NCBI GenBank assembly: GCA_951406725.2
Contig: OX597821.1
Coordinates: 63,922,001 to 63,986,000, forward strand
Source of the DNA: Octopus vulgaris
Taxonomy: Eukaryota
Direction of reading: 5' to 3'
DNA: 64,000 nucleotides
In this document: piece by piece, positions 13,172 to 26,387 of the stretch
Layout of the letters: the number at the start of each line of letters is the position of its first letter
Position numbering within the stretch: the stretch's first letter is position 1
Made by a program: the position numbers and the translations under genes
Notes under the pieces: model-generated
The model's input: the letters and a program-made list of their open reading frames with translations, nothing else
Database searches by the model: none
Told to the model about the DNA's origin: nothing

Positions 13172-14313
13172 ATATATATAAATTATTGATTCTTGTTGAG
13201 GTCAAAGGCCAGCCATTTTGAGATGATATTAGTCGGTAACAACTACCCTAGTGTTTAATTGATGGTTTATTACAATGACCACAAAAAGATTAAAGGCAAA
13301 GTCCACCTCGGTAGGATTTGAACTCAAAATGCAAAGAATTGGAACAAATACCACTATGCATTTTGTCTGATGCGCAATAATAGCAACAACACAAGCCGAC
13401 GGTGGAGTTCACCTTGCTGGAAGCCATCATCATCATTCGACAGGATTGAAGAACCAATCTCAACCAGTCGGCATTCACTATACGATCGACTTCCACAATC
13501 AACCTTGGTACGTAATTCGGTCGTATTATTCAAAATACAAAACATAGCTCGTGCGACTGCCTTTTGGTTGATTTTTTTTAGCCTCCATCTCACCCTTGTA
13601 ATTTCCTTTGATCTTTTCATATACCAGGTAGTTATAACCTTTTCTCCCCTTTTCGTTTCTTACTCAATATTGGAAGGCCGTTGACTCTCCTGAGTTCTGA
13701 CCTTTGTCAGGTTTTGTTTTTTATCCCACAGGATGTCCAATAATCACCCTTCTCACTAAGCAAGCTTCGTCTGATTGCTGGTTTACTCACCGGCGATCTG
13801 ACCATGCGATAGGTTTTACTGGGCTATGTATTACCAACAGCACACAAATGTGACCTAAGACATTGCAGGAAATAGCAAATTTATTTCAAATCAAAGCGTA
13901 CCTTCTTTGTATAAGCACATATTAAACAATATAATCCTATTTGCCTCTGAAATGACAGGATTCCAAGGAGCCGAATGTCTTTCCTCATTGGTCTGCTCAC
14001 ACAGAATTGATCTGAAGTTAAATATCAACAACAGCAACAACAAAAATTACAATGACAAAAATAACAAACATCAACAAATAACAAAGGTGAACTAGGAGAT
14101 ACCTTCAGAACGTCGTATACAAATCTTCGCATTTTTCTCAGCCTCTCTTCTCTCTAATTTTAAATCGATCCTTGATGAAGTTCGGTTTTCATCCGCCTCG
14201 TCATAATCATCGTCATTGGACATTTCTGTCTAGAGTGCTATAACTTATAGGGTTTGTTCACCTGTTTTTCTCTGTGTATTAGTGACAAAGAGCACAACAT
14301 TCCTCCAGAATGA

Positions 14314-14543
14314 GGCGGCGAACTGGCAGAAACGTTAGCACGCCGGACGAAGTGCTTAGCGTTATTTCGTCTGCCGTTACGTTCTGAGTTCAAATTCCGC
14401 CGAAGTGGACTTTGCCTTTCATATTTTCGGGGTCGATAAATAAAGTACCAGTTACGCACTGGGGCCGATGTAATTGACTTAATCCCTTTGTCTGTCCTTG
14501 TTTGCCCCTCTATGTTTAGCCCCTTGTGGGCAATAAAGAAATA
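14314..14543 (+). mobile_element. SINE family B, Tx1-like tail variant
   Basis: GGCGGCGARCTGGCAGAA head, GAGTTCAAATT B box, body GCCTTTCAT...GGGGTCGATAAATAAAGTACCAG, tail GCCCCTTGTGGGCAATAAAGAAATA. Confidence 0.85.
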
Positions 14544-14581
14544 AGAATGAAATTGGCGTCTCAGTTCGGAGAAATGATTTC

Positions 14582-14712
14582 TCATTTACAGCTGAGTGGA
14601 CTGAAGCAAGCTGAAATGAAATGTTTTGCTCAAGAACATAACTCTCCGCCCAGTCAGAGAATCGAAACCACTTTCAGTCGATCGTATGGTTAATACTAAC
14701 CAGTAGGCCACT
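14582..14712 (-). mobile_element. CORE-type SINE head fragment
   Basis: Minus strand TGGCCTACTGGTTAG...GTTTCGATTC...GTTCTTGAGCAAAACATTT...CAGTCCACTCAGCTGTAAATG. Confidence 0.55.
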
Positions 14713-14798
14713 CACCTTTGATTTTCGGTGTCCATGATATTACCTCCCAGTTCAATGTCGGCAGAATCGTCGAAATGCCAGGGCGAATCGCTTACTCT

Positions 14799-15005
14799 CT
14801 CTTTTACTTGTTTCAGTCATTTGAATGTGGCCATGCTGGAGCACCGCCTTTAGTCGAGCAAATCGACCCCGAGACTTATACTTTGTAAGCCCATTCCTTA
14901 TTCTATCGGGTTCTTTTGCCGAACCGATAAGTGACGAGGACGTAAACACACCAGCATCGGTTGTCAAGCAATGCTAGGGGGACAAACACAGATACACAAA
15001 CATAT

Positions 15006-15087
<82 letters not shown>

Positions 15088-15246
15088 GACAGGCTTCTTT
15101 CAGTTTCCATCTACCAAATCCACTCACAAGGCTTTGGTCGGCTCGAGGCTATAACAGAAGACACTTGCCCAAGATGCCACGCAGTGGGACTGAACCCAGA
15201 ACAATGTGGTTGGTAAGCAAGCTACTTACCACACAGCCACTCCTGC
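14799..15246 (-). mobile_element. SINE family A, full length
   Basis: Reverse complement of the family A consensus. Confidence 0.88.
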
Positions 15247-16264
15247 TTGAGGACCTTATTTCAGTTCCTGATGCTATGTGTTCAAACTGCTACATTGCCT
15301 TCACGGAACGTAGACGGGCAACCGTAACCCCATTTAACACCACAATTTGGAAATTTAAATCCGTTTCATATGATTCAGCATTGGGTTGCAAGCATTAGGC
15401 CTGGGGTCAGTTTCCTGTATAAATTTCACGCTTCTTCACACCAATCTTGGCAGCCTGTAAAGTATCATAGACTGTGATTTCCCTTTTGGCAAACAGATAA
15501 ACCACCACCACAACCGCCAAGAAGAAAAACACCAACAATAACAAAAACAAAGCCAAAAACAACACCAAGCAGCAGCAGCAAAAACAGTGATGAACTTTGT
15601 CACCTGTATGTCTCCTCGAAAATTTTACACTTGAAAACACAGACAATCGTTAAAATATTTTAAATATTCCCCGCTTTCTTCACCACGTATTCATAATCTT
15701 TAACACCTGTTTAGAAATAAAAAAATAAAAATGTCTTCCTTTCCACCTTCATCCCTACCACCACTATCTTTCCCGTCGCCATCATCATCATTCTTCTACC
15801 ACCACCATCAAATTCATATCCTTCTACGATTTATTTTCTCTCCTTTTATCACATGCAGTTACCTCTTTCTACAACTCTTTTTATTATTCCTTCGTTTGCT
15901 TACTTGTTTTTATTATCTAATGTCTCAATAGAATTATTATTGTGTTTGTCTATTCCACTTTATCTTCAGGCACAATTCAACAAACATTTCTTTTCGCGGT
16001 TTCTAATTAAATTTTCACGTTCGTGTCAGGCACTCGTCTTCGACCTGGTGGCTTCCCTTTCATTTTTAATTTCGTTTACGCTTCCAGTGTCATTCAATAA
16101 TTATGTACTTGTTTGTGCTTTTGTATTTCTCTCTATGAATATCATACATAGTTGGAAACGCGCCTGATATGTCTAAATAGTGTTACCTTAATCTATGTAA
16201 TTTTATGTTTGTATAAAATTTTTTGTGTATTTCTAGTGCTTTGTTACAGCCTTTATCAATGATT

Positions 16265-16298
<34 letters not shown>

Positions 16299-16376
16299 TC
16301 GTTATATGTATTGATGTATACATATATATGTGTATATATTTGCACACATATAACGTGAAAGTGAATATATACGTAC

Positions 16377-16429
<53 letters not shown>

Positions 16430-16718
16430 TGTATATATATATACTTAATTTCACGTTTCTGTACCTTATGCATATGTATATATAATATATATGCATATAT
16501 ATGTACATATATGTGTGTGCGTGTGTGTATATCTACATACATACATACAATACATATCCACATATATGCTTCTGCATGTATGTAAATTTATAAGTGTGTA
16601 TGTCTGTGTGTGCGCATGTTTTTATGCATGTGTGTATGTATGTATGTATGTATGTATGTATTTATGTATATATATATGTGTGTGTGTGTGTGTAAGTATA
16701 TATATATGTATACATACA

Positions 16719-16754
<36 letters not shown>

Positions 16755-17230
16755 TGTATGTATGTATGTATGTATGTATGTATGAATACGTTATGTTTTC
16801 TTATCGTACTTTATTGTGGGCTCCTCTCTTAAAATAAGATTCTTTGTCTCTCCTCCGCCTCTCAAATCCTCCATTTTAAATTTTCTAAGACCTTCCATTT
16901 TCTTCCATCATTGGCTCTCCCTGTTCATTGGCTCTCTTTATTCTTCCCTACTGCTCTTCGTCTCGTCTGCCACATTTAACTTTCTTCCTCTTCGCTTCTG
17001 TATATTTTAAACAATTTTTAAACACACATTTCTGGACTCACTCACTCTCTCTCTCTCTCTCCACTCTCTCCCTGTTTCTCTCTCTCTCTCCACTCTCTCC
17101 TTCTCTCTCTCTTAAATTCTCAGCGTAGAATTTTATAAATGTGCATCAGAGTGTATTTGCGTGTTAACGCCTATGTCTGTTTAAAAGGAATACAGCTTGC
17201 AACATATAACAATAGGCACTCAGAATCAAA

Positions 17231-17262
<32 letters not shown>

Positions 17263-17275
17263 TTCACATGCGCAC

Positions 17276-17306
<31 letters not shown>

Positions 17307-17312
17307 TGGATG

Positions 17313-17383
<71 letters not shown>

Positions 17384-17427
17384 GGACGGACGGACGGACG
17401 GACGGACGGACGGACGGACGGACGGAC

Positions 17428-17484
<57 letters not shown>

Positions 17485-17927
17485 CATAGATACATAGATA
17501 AATAGATGGGTCGAAAGATCTCCATACATTTATTCACTCTTACACTTACATGCATGTATATTGATATGCTCATATATAAGGAGATATATTAACATTTATG
17601 TGTATATATGTGTGTGCGTGTGTGTGTGGATATACACAAGCCTATATCTTTTACATATCCATATATGTATACATATGCATATATTTTTATATACATATGC
17701 ATACATGCAAACATGCATAAATACGCAAAGAAGCTGATGCAAGAATCTTTGTCCTGTAAACTTGCCTCGTAATTTGGTAGAACTCTACCAACTTATGAAT
17801 TAAGTAGGCAGAGGGGAACATATATGTATAGACAAAACAAAAAGGTTTGAAAAAAATTTGTTTTGTGAGGGGATTTATGTACAGTGATGTAATCGTGAAT
17901 TGAAATATGTAAAATGATAAATGTTGG

Positions 17928-18500
17928 TTATGCGTGCATATTCAGACGTGATCTGTATTTTTCAATGAAAGAAGTTCCTTTATTTAAACGTTCTTGTGGA
18001 GAGATTGTGTCTGTGCACTGGTAGAAGGAGAAGACTGTGAAATTTGGTTTGATTTTATCTGCACATTTTTCTATATGTTCACTGAGAGGAATTTGCCTGT
18101 ATTGCGGGAAACGGATTTGCTCTTTATGTAGAGTGGTTCTCTTTCTGTCCAATATAGCTGTGTCTGCAACCCGAGTAGGTTATTACATAAATTAGGTTCT
18201 CAGAGGCACAAGTGAAACTAGTTTTAATTGTGAACCTCTGTCCTTGTTTGAAAAGGAAATCCGAGCCTTCAAGTAAGTTGGGGTAGGTTCCACAGTTTGG
18301 GTGTCCACATTTTTAAACCGTTGCTTTCGTGGTTGTTTTGTAAATGTTCGCGTTTGTTAGTAGTCTCTTTAGTGATTTGTCTTGCTTTTTGTATTTGATG
18401 AGTTTGTGTGTTTTTAGGGTGTCGTTTATTTTTGGATCTCTTGTTAGTAAAGGAAGATTTTTCACAATAGTGTTGAATGCCTCACTGTTTCTGGGGTTGA
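17928..18500 (-). mobile_element. Penelope-like element (Neptune-type) 3' fragment: Cys linker + GIY-YIG endonuclease
   Basis: Minus strand reads FNTIVKNLPLLTRDP...KSLKRLL, KCGHPNCGT, FTCASENLIYVITYSGCRHSYIGQ, then RKRTTLHKEQIR...EHIEKC...FIEKYRSRLN, with frameshifts. Confidence 0.85.
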
Positions 18501-18801
18501 GTGAAACCGGTCGATATATTAAAAATTATATTAAAACTATGTAACGTGCGCGTATTTTTTTTTTAATTCCTTATATATATTACAATTAACCACCTGGGGA
18601 TAATCGAAATTCCTCCTTTCTGTTACTACTACTATTTACCACACGTAGGGCGGAAAATGCCAAAAAAAACCTACTTCAAAGTCAATGAGATCTCGTCTGT
18701 TTGAATTTGGAAGTACTGGTCTTTGGAAATATGCTGTTTGGTGACGCTTGGTCAAATGCGTATGTTAATTATCAGTACTCTCAAATTTAAAATCTTGAAA
18801 T

Positions 18802-18884
18802 ACTATACTGAGGAGGAGAATGAGTGAGTAGAAATATGATTTTATATTTTCCACATCTCTTTAACTCCGAAACGCGTATACAGT
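18802..18884 (+). ncRNA. Type I hammerhead ribozyme motif (PLE pseudo-LTR type)
   Basis: ACTATA-CTGAGGA-GGAG...(46 nt)...CTCC-GAAAC-GC-GTA-TACAGT. Stem I 5/6 pairs, palindromic minimal stem III (ACGCGT). Confidence 0.7.
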
Positions 18885-19099
18885 TAATCAGAGCCGGGTG
18901 GATTTGTTATTTTTTCTCTCTTTGCCTGCGTGAGTTGTTGAGTATTGCTGTCTGGGAGATATCTTATAGTAGTAAAATAGTAGATTAACTGCTATTTCTA
19001 ATAGTAGTTTTAATGCTCTTTCTAATTTTCGGTATTTAGTGACGCAAATTTTGCTGAACCCTAATTATAATCATACTCATAATTATAGAATTTTATATA

Positions 19100-19160
<61 letters not shown>

Positions 19161-19410
19161 TATAATAATATATATATATATAATATATATATAATTTAAA
19201 AAATTTTAAACTTTATTAAATTAAAATTTTTAAAATATTTTTAAAAATATTAAAATTTATAAATATAAATTAAAAAAGTTTAATTTAAATACTTTAAATT
19301 TTAAATTTTATATATTTTGCGTATTATATTATGTTTATTTTATGTTTTCGTTTATGTTTTTATTTGTTTGATTTGCTTAATAGTGGTTTTATCTTTAGTT
19401 TAATTTATAT

Positions 19411-19446
<36 letters not shown>

Positions 19447-19501
19447 GTATATACATATACATGTGTATACGTAGATAGATAGATATATAGATAGATAGAT
19501 C

Positions 19502-19587
<86 letters not shown>

Positions 19588-20138
19588 CGGACACACACAT
19601 GCGCGCATATACGTACATGTCCTATTTCCTTAAAAAGCCATCAACTCCAATATGTGGCTATTCAACGGACCGACTCATCCACCTTCAGTCTCATAACATG
19701 TTAATTGACTTGGCAACGTGTTCACGAATTAACGCTGTCACCAACATAAATCTTTCTGCTACCACAGCTAAGAAATCATATAGCAGTAAAACTCATGAGA
19801 AATTAATTAATACTTGTTTGCTAAATATAAAGGCACCGACATGTTGCTTCGATTAAGAAAATTACTTCGTTTCGAATTGGAATTTTAACTATAGATAAGA
19901 AATGAAATCGGAAATGCATGTTACAAGTATCTTATTAAAATCAGTCGCTAATAGATGCGACAAATGAATACCCTTAAGCTAGATCACCAACAGAAAATTG
20001 CTTCCCATGGATTAACCTTTCAGTGACATAGAAGAAAGGAAATAATTCAAACTTCTCAGAAAGAGATAATAAAAGTGTACACGTATACATACACACACAC
20101 ACACATGCACACATATCCATACATATACATATACATAC

Positions 20139-20196
<58 letters not shown>

Positions 20197-20261
20197 GCAC
20201 ATACACATGTATGTTTAAGTATGCGTCTACTTGTTTATGTATATCTGTCTTTACCGGTCCA

Positions 20262-20330
<69 letters not shown>

Positions 20331-21345
20331 GTATATATATATATGTATATATATATACACATATATACACATGCAAACACACACACACACATATATATAA
20401 ACGTATATATATGTGTGTGCATATATATATACGTATATATATATATATATATATACACGTATATATATATATATGTACGTATGTATATATATATGTGTGT
20501 GTGTGTGTGTGTCTGTGTCTGTGTCTGTGTGTGTATGTGTGTATGTATGTATGTATGTATGTATGTATATATATCCGTGTTTATGAACGTATGTATGCGC
20601 AAACACGTACACAATGGTGCGCACATATATTCACATCCATATACGTACATCTATACCTAATGTGCGGTATTGTGGTACTAGCTGGATTTCTACTTCTACA
20701 TTTGAACTTTTAGTTCCGCCATAGCGTATCTCATTAGACAGTGGCGTTATAGTTCAAACTCCATATATATTTTACTCTATTTATAAATAACTGTTTGTGA
20801 GGCTGTGATAATTGACCTTAAGTCCAAATGAGAAAAGCACATCATTGTGGAACTAATAGGTTCGCTCCAGGAACGGAATATCCAGTTATTAATAAAAGGT
20901 ATATGTAGTACTCTGCATATAGACTTACGCATGTTTTTGTGCATGTGTGTGTATGTATGCAGTAGACACTCTTGTCGTAGACGTCAGATGAGGGTTTCGC
21001 GACTTCTTGCTGTACAGCGTTCACATATTGTATGTTTATAGTGATCGAATATTTGTCCTATAGATTAGCTCACTCACTCCACAAAATCGGTCTCGCTAGT
21101 AATGGTGCACAGTGTACCACATGTGAGATTTTGTAGTGATTGCAGAGCAACAAAAGCTAAAGTGATAAAGCGTTTTGCTCAAAAACACAAACCACCGCAT
21201 GGTCTGCGAATCACAACAACCATACATACATATATATATATATATATAAACTTGGATAAACATAAATATGTTTCGACCAAAGATTGCTAAAGCCATGTCT
21301 AACTTAACAGCACCACTTGATAGGATTATCTTAATCCTGTTTAAG

Positions 21346-21545
21346 TCAAGTTTTGTTTATAGTCCATTCAAGCAGTGAGTTCTTGTTGAGTGAGTTGTAG
21401 CCAGGTATGGGTGGCTTATCCGGTATTCCTTGAAGAAATCTGTCCAGACTCCGTTTAAAGGTGATGGTATCCTTTTCCTCTTTGATATCTCTCGGGACAA
21501 TGTTAAACAGGGCAGAGCCTGTTGAGGAGGAGAAATTATGTCGTA
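21346..21545 (-). mobile_element. CR1-group LINE 3' fragment
   Basis: GSALFNIVPRDIKE...FKRSLDRFLQGIPDKP...NSLLEW, the typical CR1-group ORF2 C-terminus. Confidence 0.7.
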
Positions 21546-22194
21546 GTGTACCTATATGCTGTGATCCTGATATATATATATATATATATTCCCCATTCAT
21601 GTTATCTACCCTGTTACCCGGAAAGTTACAAGGACGTAAACAAAAGAATATCTGTTGTGAAGCAGGGCAAACACAAACACATACTTTCTGTTTCTCAAAA
21701 TTTTAGGGTCAGCCTGGTGGTGGTAGAAGACCCTTGCCCAAGGCGTTACGTAGTGAGACTGAACACGCACACACACATATACATATAAGTATGTCGATGC
21801 ATACGACAATTAATTAACAATACGATTATCAACATCTCTTTGGATACGATAAAATCATACAGGAATATATGATATATTTTAAGCTGTTCCGCACAAATAT
21901 ATTGTAGATGGCAAGGTACCGAAGAAATTACACAGTATGTCGTCACACTACCTTGGCGTAATCTCAGAAGATGAATATTGAAGATTATATATATATATAT
22001 ATATCAGTTTCTCTCATTTGATATAGCAGAAATCAACCAGTACACTGTATCTCACTGGTCAAATCGTAGTCAATTTTATTATTTACACGTATATTTAGTG
22101 CTGGAAAGACAGAAATTTAAAGGTTAAACCAGGAAGATCAAAGAGGCGGTGATTTACTACTAAAATCTCAGAAGTACCAGAAAATATATTAACA

Positions 22195-22709
22195 TTGGGT
22201 TGTCCGTAAAGTTCGTGCCGATTTTTAAAGGAAAGAAAAAGGTCATTAAATACTTGCCATTAAATTTTTAATCAACCAAATATGAACCATTTTGTTGCAC
22301 AATGCGTCTCCATCTTTCCTTCAACTTGAAAATACCCTCTTCCCAGAATTGAGGTGGTTTCATGGCAAAGAATTCATCAATGTATCTTCTTACGTCATCC
22401 AAAGAATTGAAATTTTTACCCTTAAGACTATTCTGCAGAGACCTGAATAAGTGGAAATCCGAAGGAGCAATATCTGGTGAATATGGTGTGTTGGGCAACA
22501 CATCCCAGCCGAGCTGCAGCAATTTTTGTCTGGTTCCCAAAGCATCAAGTACCGAAAATGAACTTTCTTATAGGAACATAAACCTTCTTCCACGAAAAGA
22601 TAGCTTAAACTGTGCTCTAAATGGAGGTGTAGCCAAATCCTATTTTATGGACTCAACCATGTTCTAAGATAAGGGGAATGTTAGGCTACGAACTTTCCGG
22701 ACAACCCAA
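22195..22709 (-). mobile_element. Internally deleted mariner transposon
   Basis: 22-bp TIR TTGGGTTGTCCG(T/G)AAAGTTCGT (21/22). TA at the right end, CA at the left. ORF 22268-22540 GWDVLPNTPYSPDIAPSDFHLF...GIFKLKERWRRIVQQNGSY is the transposase C-terminus. Confidence 0.92.
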
Positions 22710-25697
22710 TAGTAATATGAAAAAGAAAAATAGAAAGAATAAAAAAAAACTAATATAGAACATGAAAGAAATAAGTGGGTCTAGAATAGAGTCACAGAAA
22801 ACATTGGTAGTGAAGTCTAGAATATTGTGTCGCCAATAATTAAATTAAAAACTTAACATTACATTAACATTAAACGGGAGTTGACCGAGTTAAAACGGTA
22901 AAATTGCTAGCATTAATATCGTTAAAATCAGCTAAATTAGCTAAATTCGCTCAGTAGAATTATTGGGAAGGTGGGAGTAGCGGATCAAAAATTCATTATG
23001 TTAATTAATTAAACTAGTCAGATTTTATATCGCCTCTGCTGAGCCCATATTATAGCTACTCCCACCTCCACTGCATGGAAGTGCACTACTTATTATCGAC
23101 CAAGAAATTGAGATGTTGATATTTTTCCCAGACATCTTTATTGAAAATGTCCCTCGTTAATCACATGGTGCTATAGAATGACTTGAATTAAGATCTGGCT
23201 GTGGCTTCTAGATGACCATGTGATGATGTGGAGGATTTTTCTCATTGGCTTGTTTTCCATTATGTTCGTTTCTAACTAAAATGACAAAATATTAAACTAA
23301 CTTACTTCTAAGATGTTAATGCAATTTTTTAATGTATGATACAATTTTTTCTGTTTATTTCAGTTTACTGGAATAAACGAAACTGCTTAAAAATTAGATT
23401 ATATTTAAAAGACAGTTTTCCATATTTTTTATGACCGATGATATGATTAATGAAATTACGAGCGTAATATTCTATTCAGAATAAAAACATGTAGCAAATA
23501 TAATTTTAAGAAGGAAGCTTGTGTTTTTGCACAGTACTACAGTTTTCCTCATGCATGTAGGCTTGATTTATAGACATAGATTTGAAATCTACCAAAAATA
23601 AATATATGAGCGCATCCGATGATAAACTTGGATTATACAAGCCACCATATTTTGTGAAAGCATTAGCTGCTCACTATACAGAATATACGAATTGGTTTTA
23701 AATAATTGCCAAGCTTTGGCTAGATATTGCAAAATTAATTTACTGTTATCACTATTTAGGTATTTGTGTCTATAAATCATTGTCTGATATCGAAATGTCC
23801 ATGGAAATTCTATAAATGAAATATTAGGCGTAATAGGCTACTGTCACCAATTCATGATGTATCACTAAATAATTAGGAAACGAACAACAAAAGAGAAAAC
23901 GAAAAATGTGCCTAACTAGTTTTTACTAGAATTGTGGCGTAAAGGGGAGAAGAGAATTGCAAAGATTAAAAACGAGAAACAAAACAGAAGCAGTAATAAG
24001 ATTATCGTGTCAGATTATACTGCTGGGTATATGAGAGTAGATATGTCGGATTTAATTTATAATCGTAGGAAAACATTATGTGGTGCAGCGATATAGATTT
24101 TGTGCGCGAATGTGTGTGCAGACAAACACTTCCAACGCTCTTATTCTTTCAAGATGTGAACGTTGTATACCAAAATATATTAAAAGATATAATAATTGGT
24201 TCGTTCAAACACCTGGTAGATTAATTATTGTAATCGTTATTTATGATGTACAGCGGGAAATCGTATTAATGAAGAACATAGGCAGTGACAAGTATAAAAG
24301 AAAGCAGAAAATAATAAAGTCAGCTTTATATAACTCAATGATTAGCTTCTTTATTCGCTATTTTCAATGCTAAGATAATTAGTTTATACGTAACAAGATT
24401 AATAAGATATACGCTTAGAAGTTGAGTGTATAAATGAGAGAGCATAGTAATACATGTATATATGGAGTTTATTCCTTTATTCACAGCCATTTTACAAAGG
24501 GCATTTCTATTAATTTTTCTCAGTACATTTCCATGCATGCCAAATACGATACTACTCATAAAACTTATATCACCTCATAAAAGTTAATCTCGTGGTCAAA
24601 TCAGCATTGATATATTTTGCTACCACAACAAGTTAGTCATTCGTAAAAATCTATTTAAACGAAGCATAAAATGCACAATGAATCCTAAATTATATATCTG
24701 TCACGTATATTGCGATATTTTGTTCGTGATTACATTAAAAGTCACCTGCCATGCTAATGTGCCGACTTCTGTACCATAAATTATCTTTGACTTTTCTTAC
24801 TATAATTTAATTTTTCTCTTAATTTCTTGTATCATGAAAGGCTATTGTATGAACTTTATACAGGAGATAGTTTACTAGGCATTTTTTTTAGATAGCTGAC
24901 GTAGCTATTGCAATTAAATTGCATAATATGTTATCATGAGGTAACCATGCAATTTACATCATGAAAATAGATAACATTTATACATAAAACTTGTACACTT
25001 CACAATACTGGATTTCAGTAGAATAAATTGCCAGCAAACTATTCATTACCGAGACCCAACATTTGATGGGAAAACGTTAATGAGTCCAGTTGATTTGTCT
25101 CTGCCCAAATTAGTGCTTATAATATAAATGATCAGTTACATTAAAATCTTGACAATTATTCCATACGATACATCATTGAACTTGTTACGAGTTTGAATGA
25201 AGCAATTATATCTTTTAATGCATGATAGGTTTTTCCCTATTCAACAAGTGGTAGCATCATATAATTAATTTCTCCAAGTAGAATTTATACACAATTAACG
25301 AAACGAAAGGCAGAACAAGATGAAATACGTGTGGCAGAGAAAATGATGTTGTATAGCCTGATCGCTAGCAAATCAATTCAAGTAACATCTGTAGCCATAA
25401 ATAAACGGAACTGATGAGTCATTCGTTGGTTTGGTGAGAAAGTGTATTTGTCAGGTTCAATAAGAATTAGCTGTTGAGAAGGTGTCAGGAATTTCTGTCA
25501 CTCGGTTAAAACGGTTGAAACTCTCGTATTGAATGACAGGATGAAGATAAAGCATTGACAGGACAGGAGTGTATGGAGAAATTCTGTTCTCCCATCTCGC
25601 ACACAGGTTAATTAATGATCATAATATACAGTATCATAGTATACGCACAGACACACATACATACACTCGTAACGTGTATATATAAGTGCATGTTGAA

Positions 25698-25924
25698 GGC
25701 GGCGAGCTGAAACGTTAGCAGGCCGGACGAAATGCATAGCGGTATTTCGTCTGCCGCTACGTTCTGAATTCAAATCCCGCCGAGGTCGACTTTGCCTTTC
25801 ATCCCTTCGGGGTCGATTAAATAAGTACCAACTACGCACTGGGGTCGATTTAATCAACTTATTCCGTTTGTCTGTCCTTCTTTGTCCTCTCTGTGTGTAG
25901 CCCATTGTGGGCAGTAAAGAAATA
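25698..25924 (+). mobile_element. SINE family B, Tx1-like tail variant
   Basis: Homologous to 14314-14543. Confidence 0.85.
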
Positions 25925-25974
25925 ATAAGTGTATGTGTGTGTGTGTGTGTGTGTGTGTATATAAATGTATCTCT

Positions 25975-26172
25975 CTCTTTTACTTGTTTCAGTCATTTGA
26001 CTGTTGCAATGCTGGAGCAACAACTTTAGTCGAGCAAATCTACCCCATGACTTTTTCTTTGTAAGCCTAGTACTTATTCTATCGGTCTCTTTTGCCAAAC
26101 CGCTAAGTTACGGGAACGTAAACACAGCAGCATCGGTTGGGAGGACAAACACAGACATACAAACATACATAC

Positions 26173-26244
<72 letters not shown>

Positions 26245-26387
26245 GTATACGACGGGATTCTTTCAGTTTCCGTCTACCAAATCCACTCACATGGCTTTGG
26301 TCGGCTCGAGTCTATAGTAGAAGACACATGCCCACGGTGCCATGTGGTTCGTAAGCAAGCAACTTACCATACAGCCACGCCTACGCC
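25975..26387 (-). mobile_element. SINE family A
   Basis: Reverse complement of the family A consensus with small deletions. Confidence 0.85.

Noticed and set aside
19095-19320. Almost pure A/T stretch
   Set aside because: Degenerate TA/TAA repeat or low-quality consensus; no structure to interpret.
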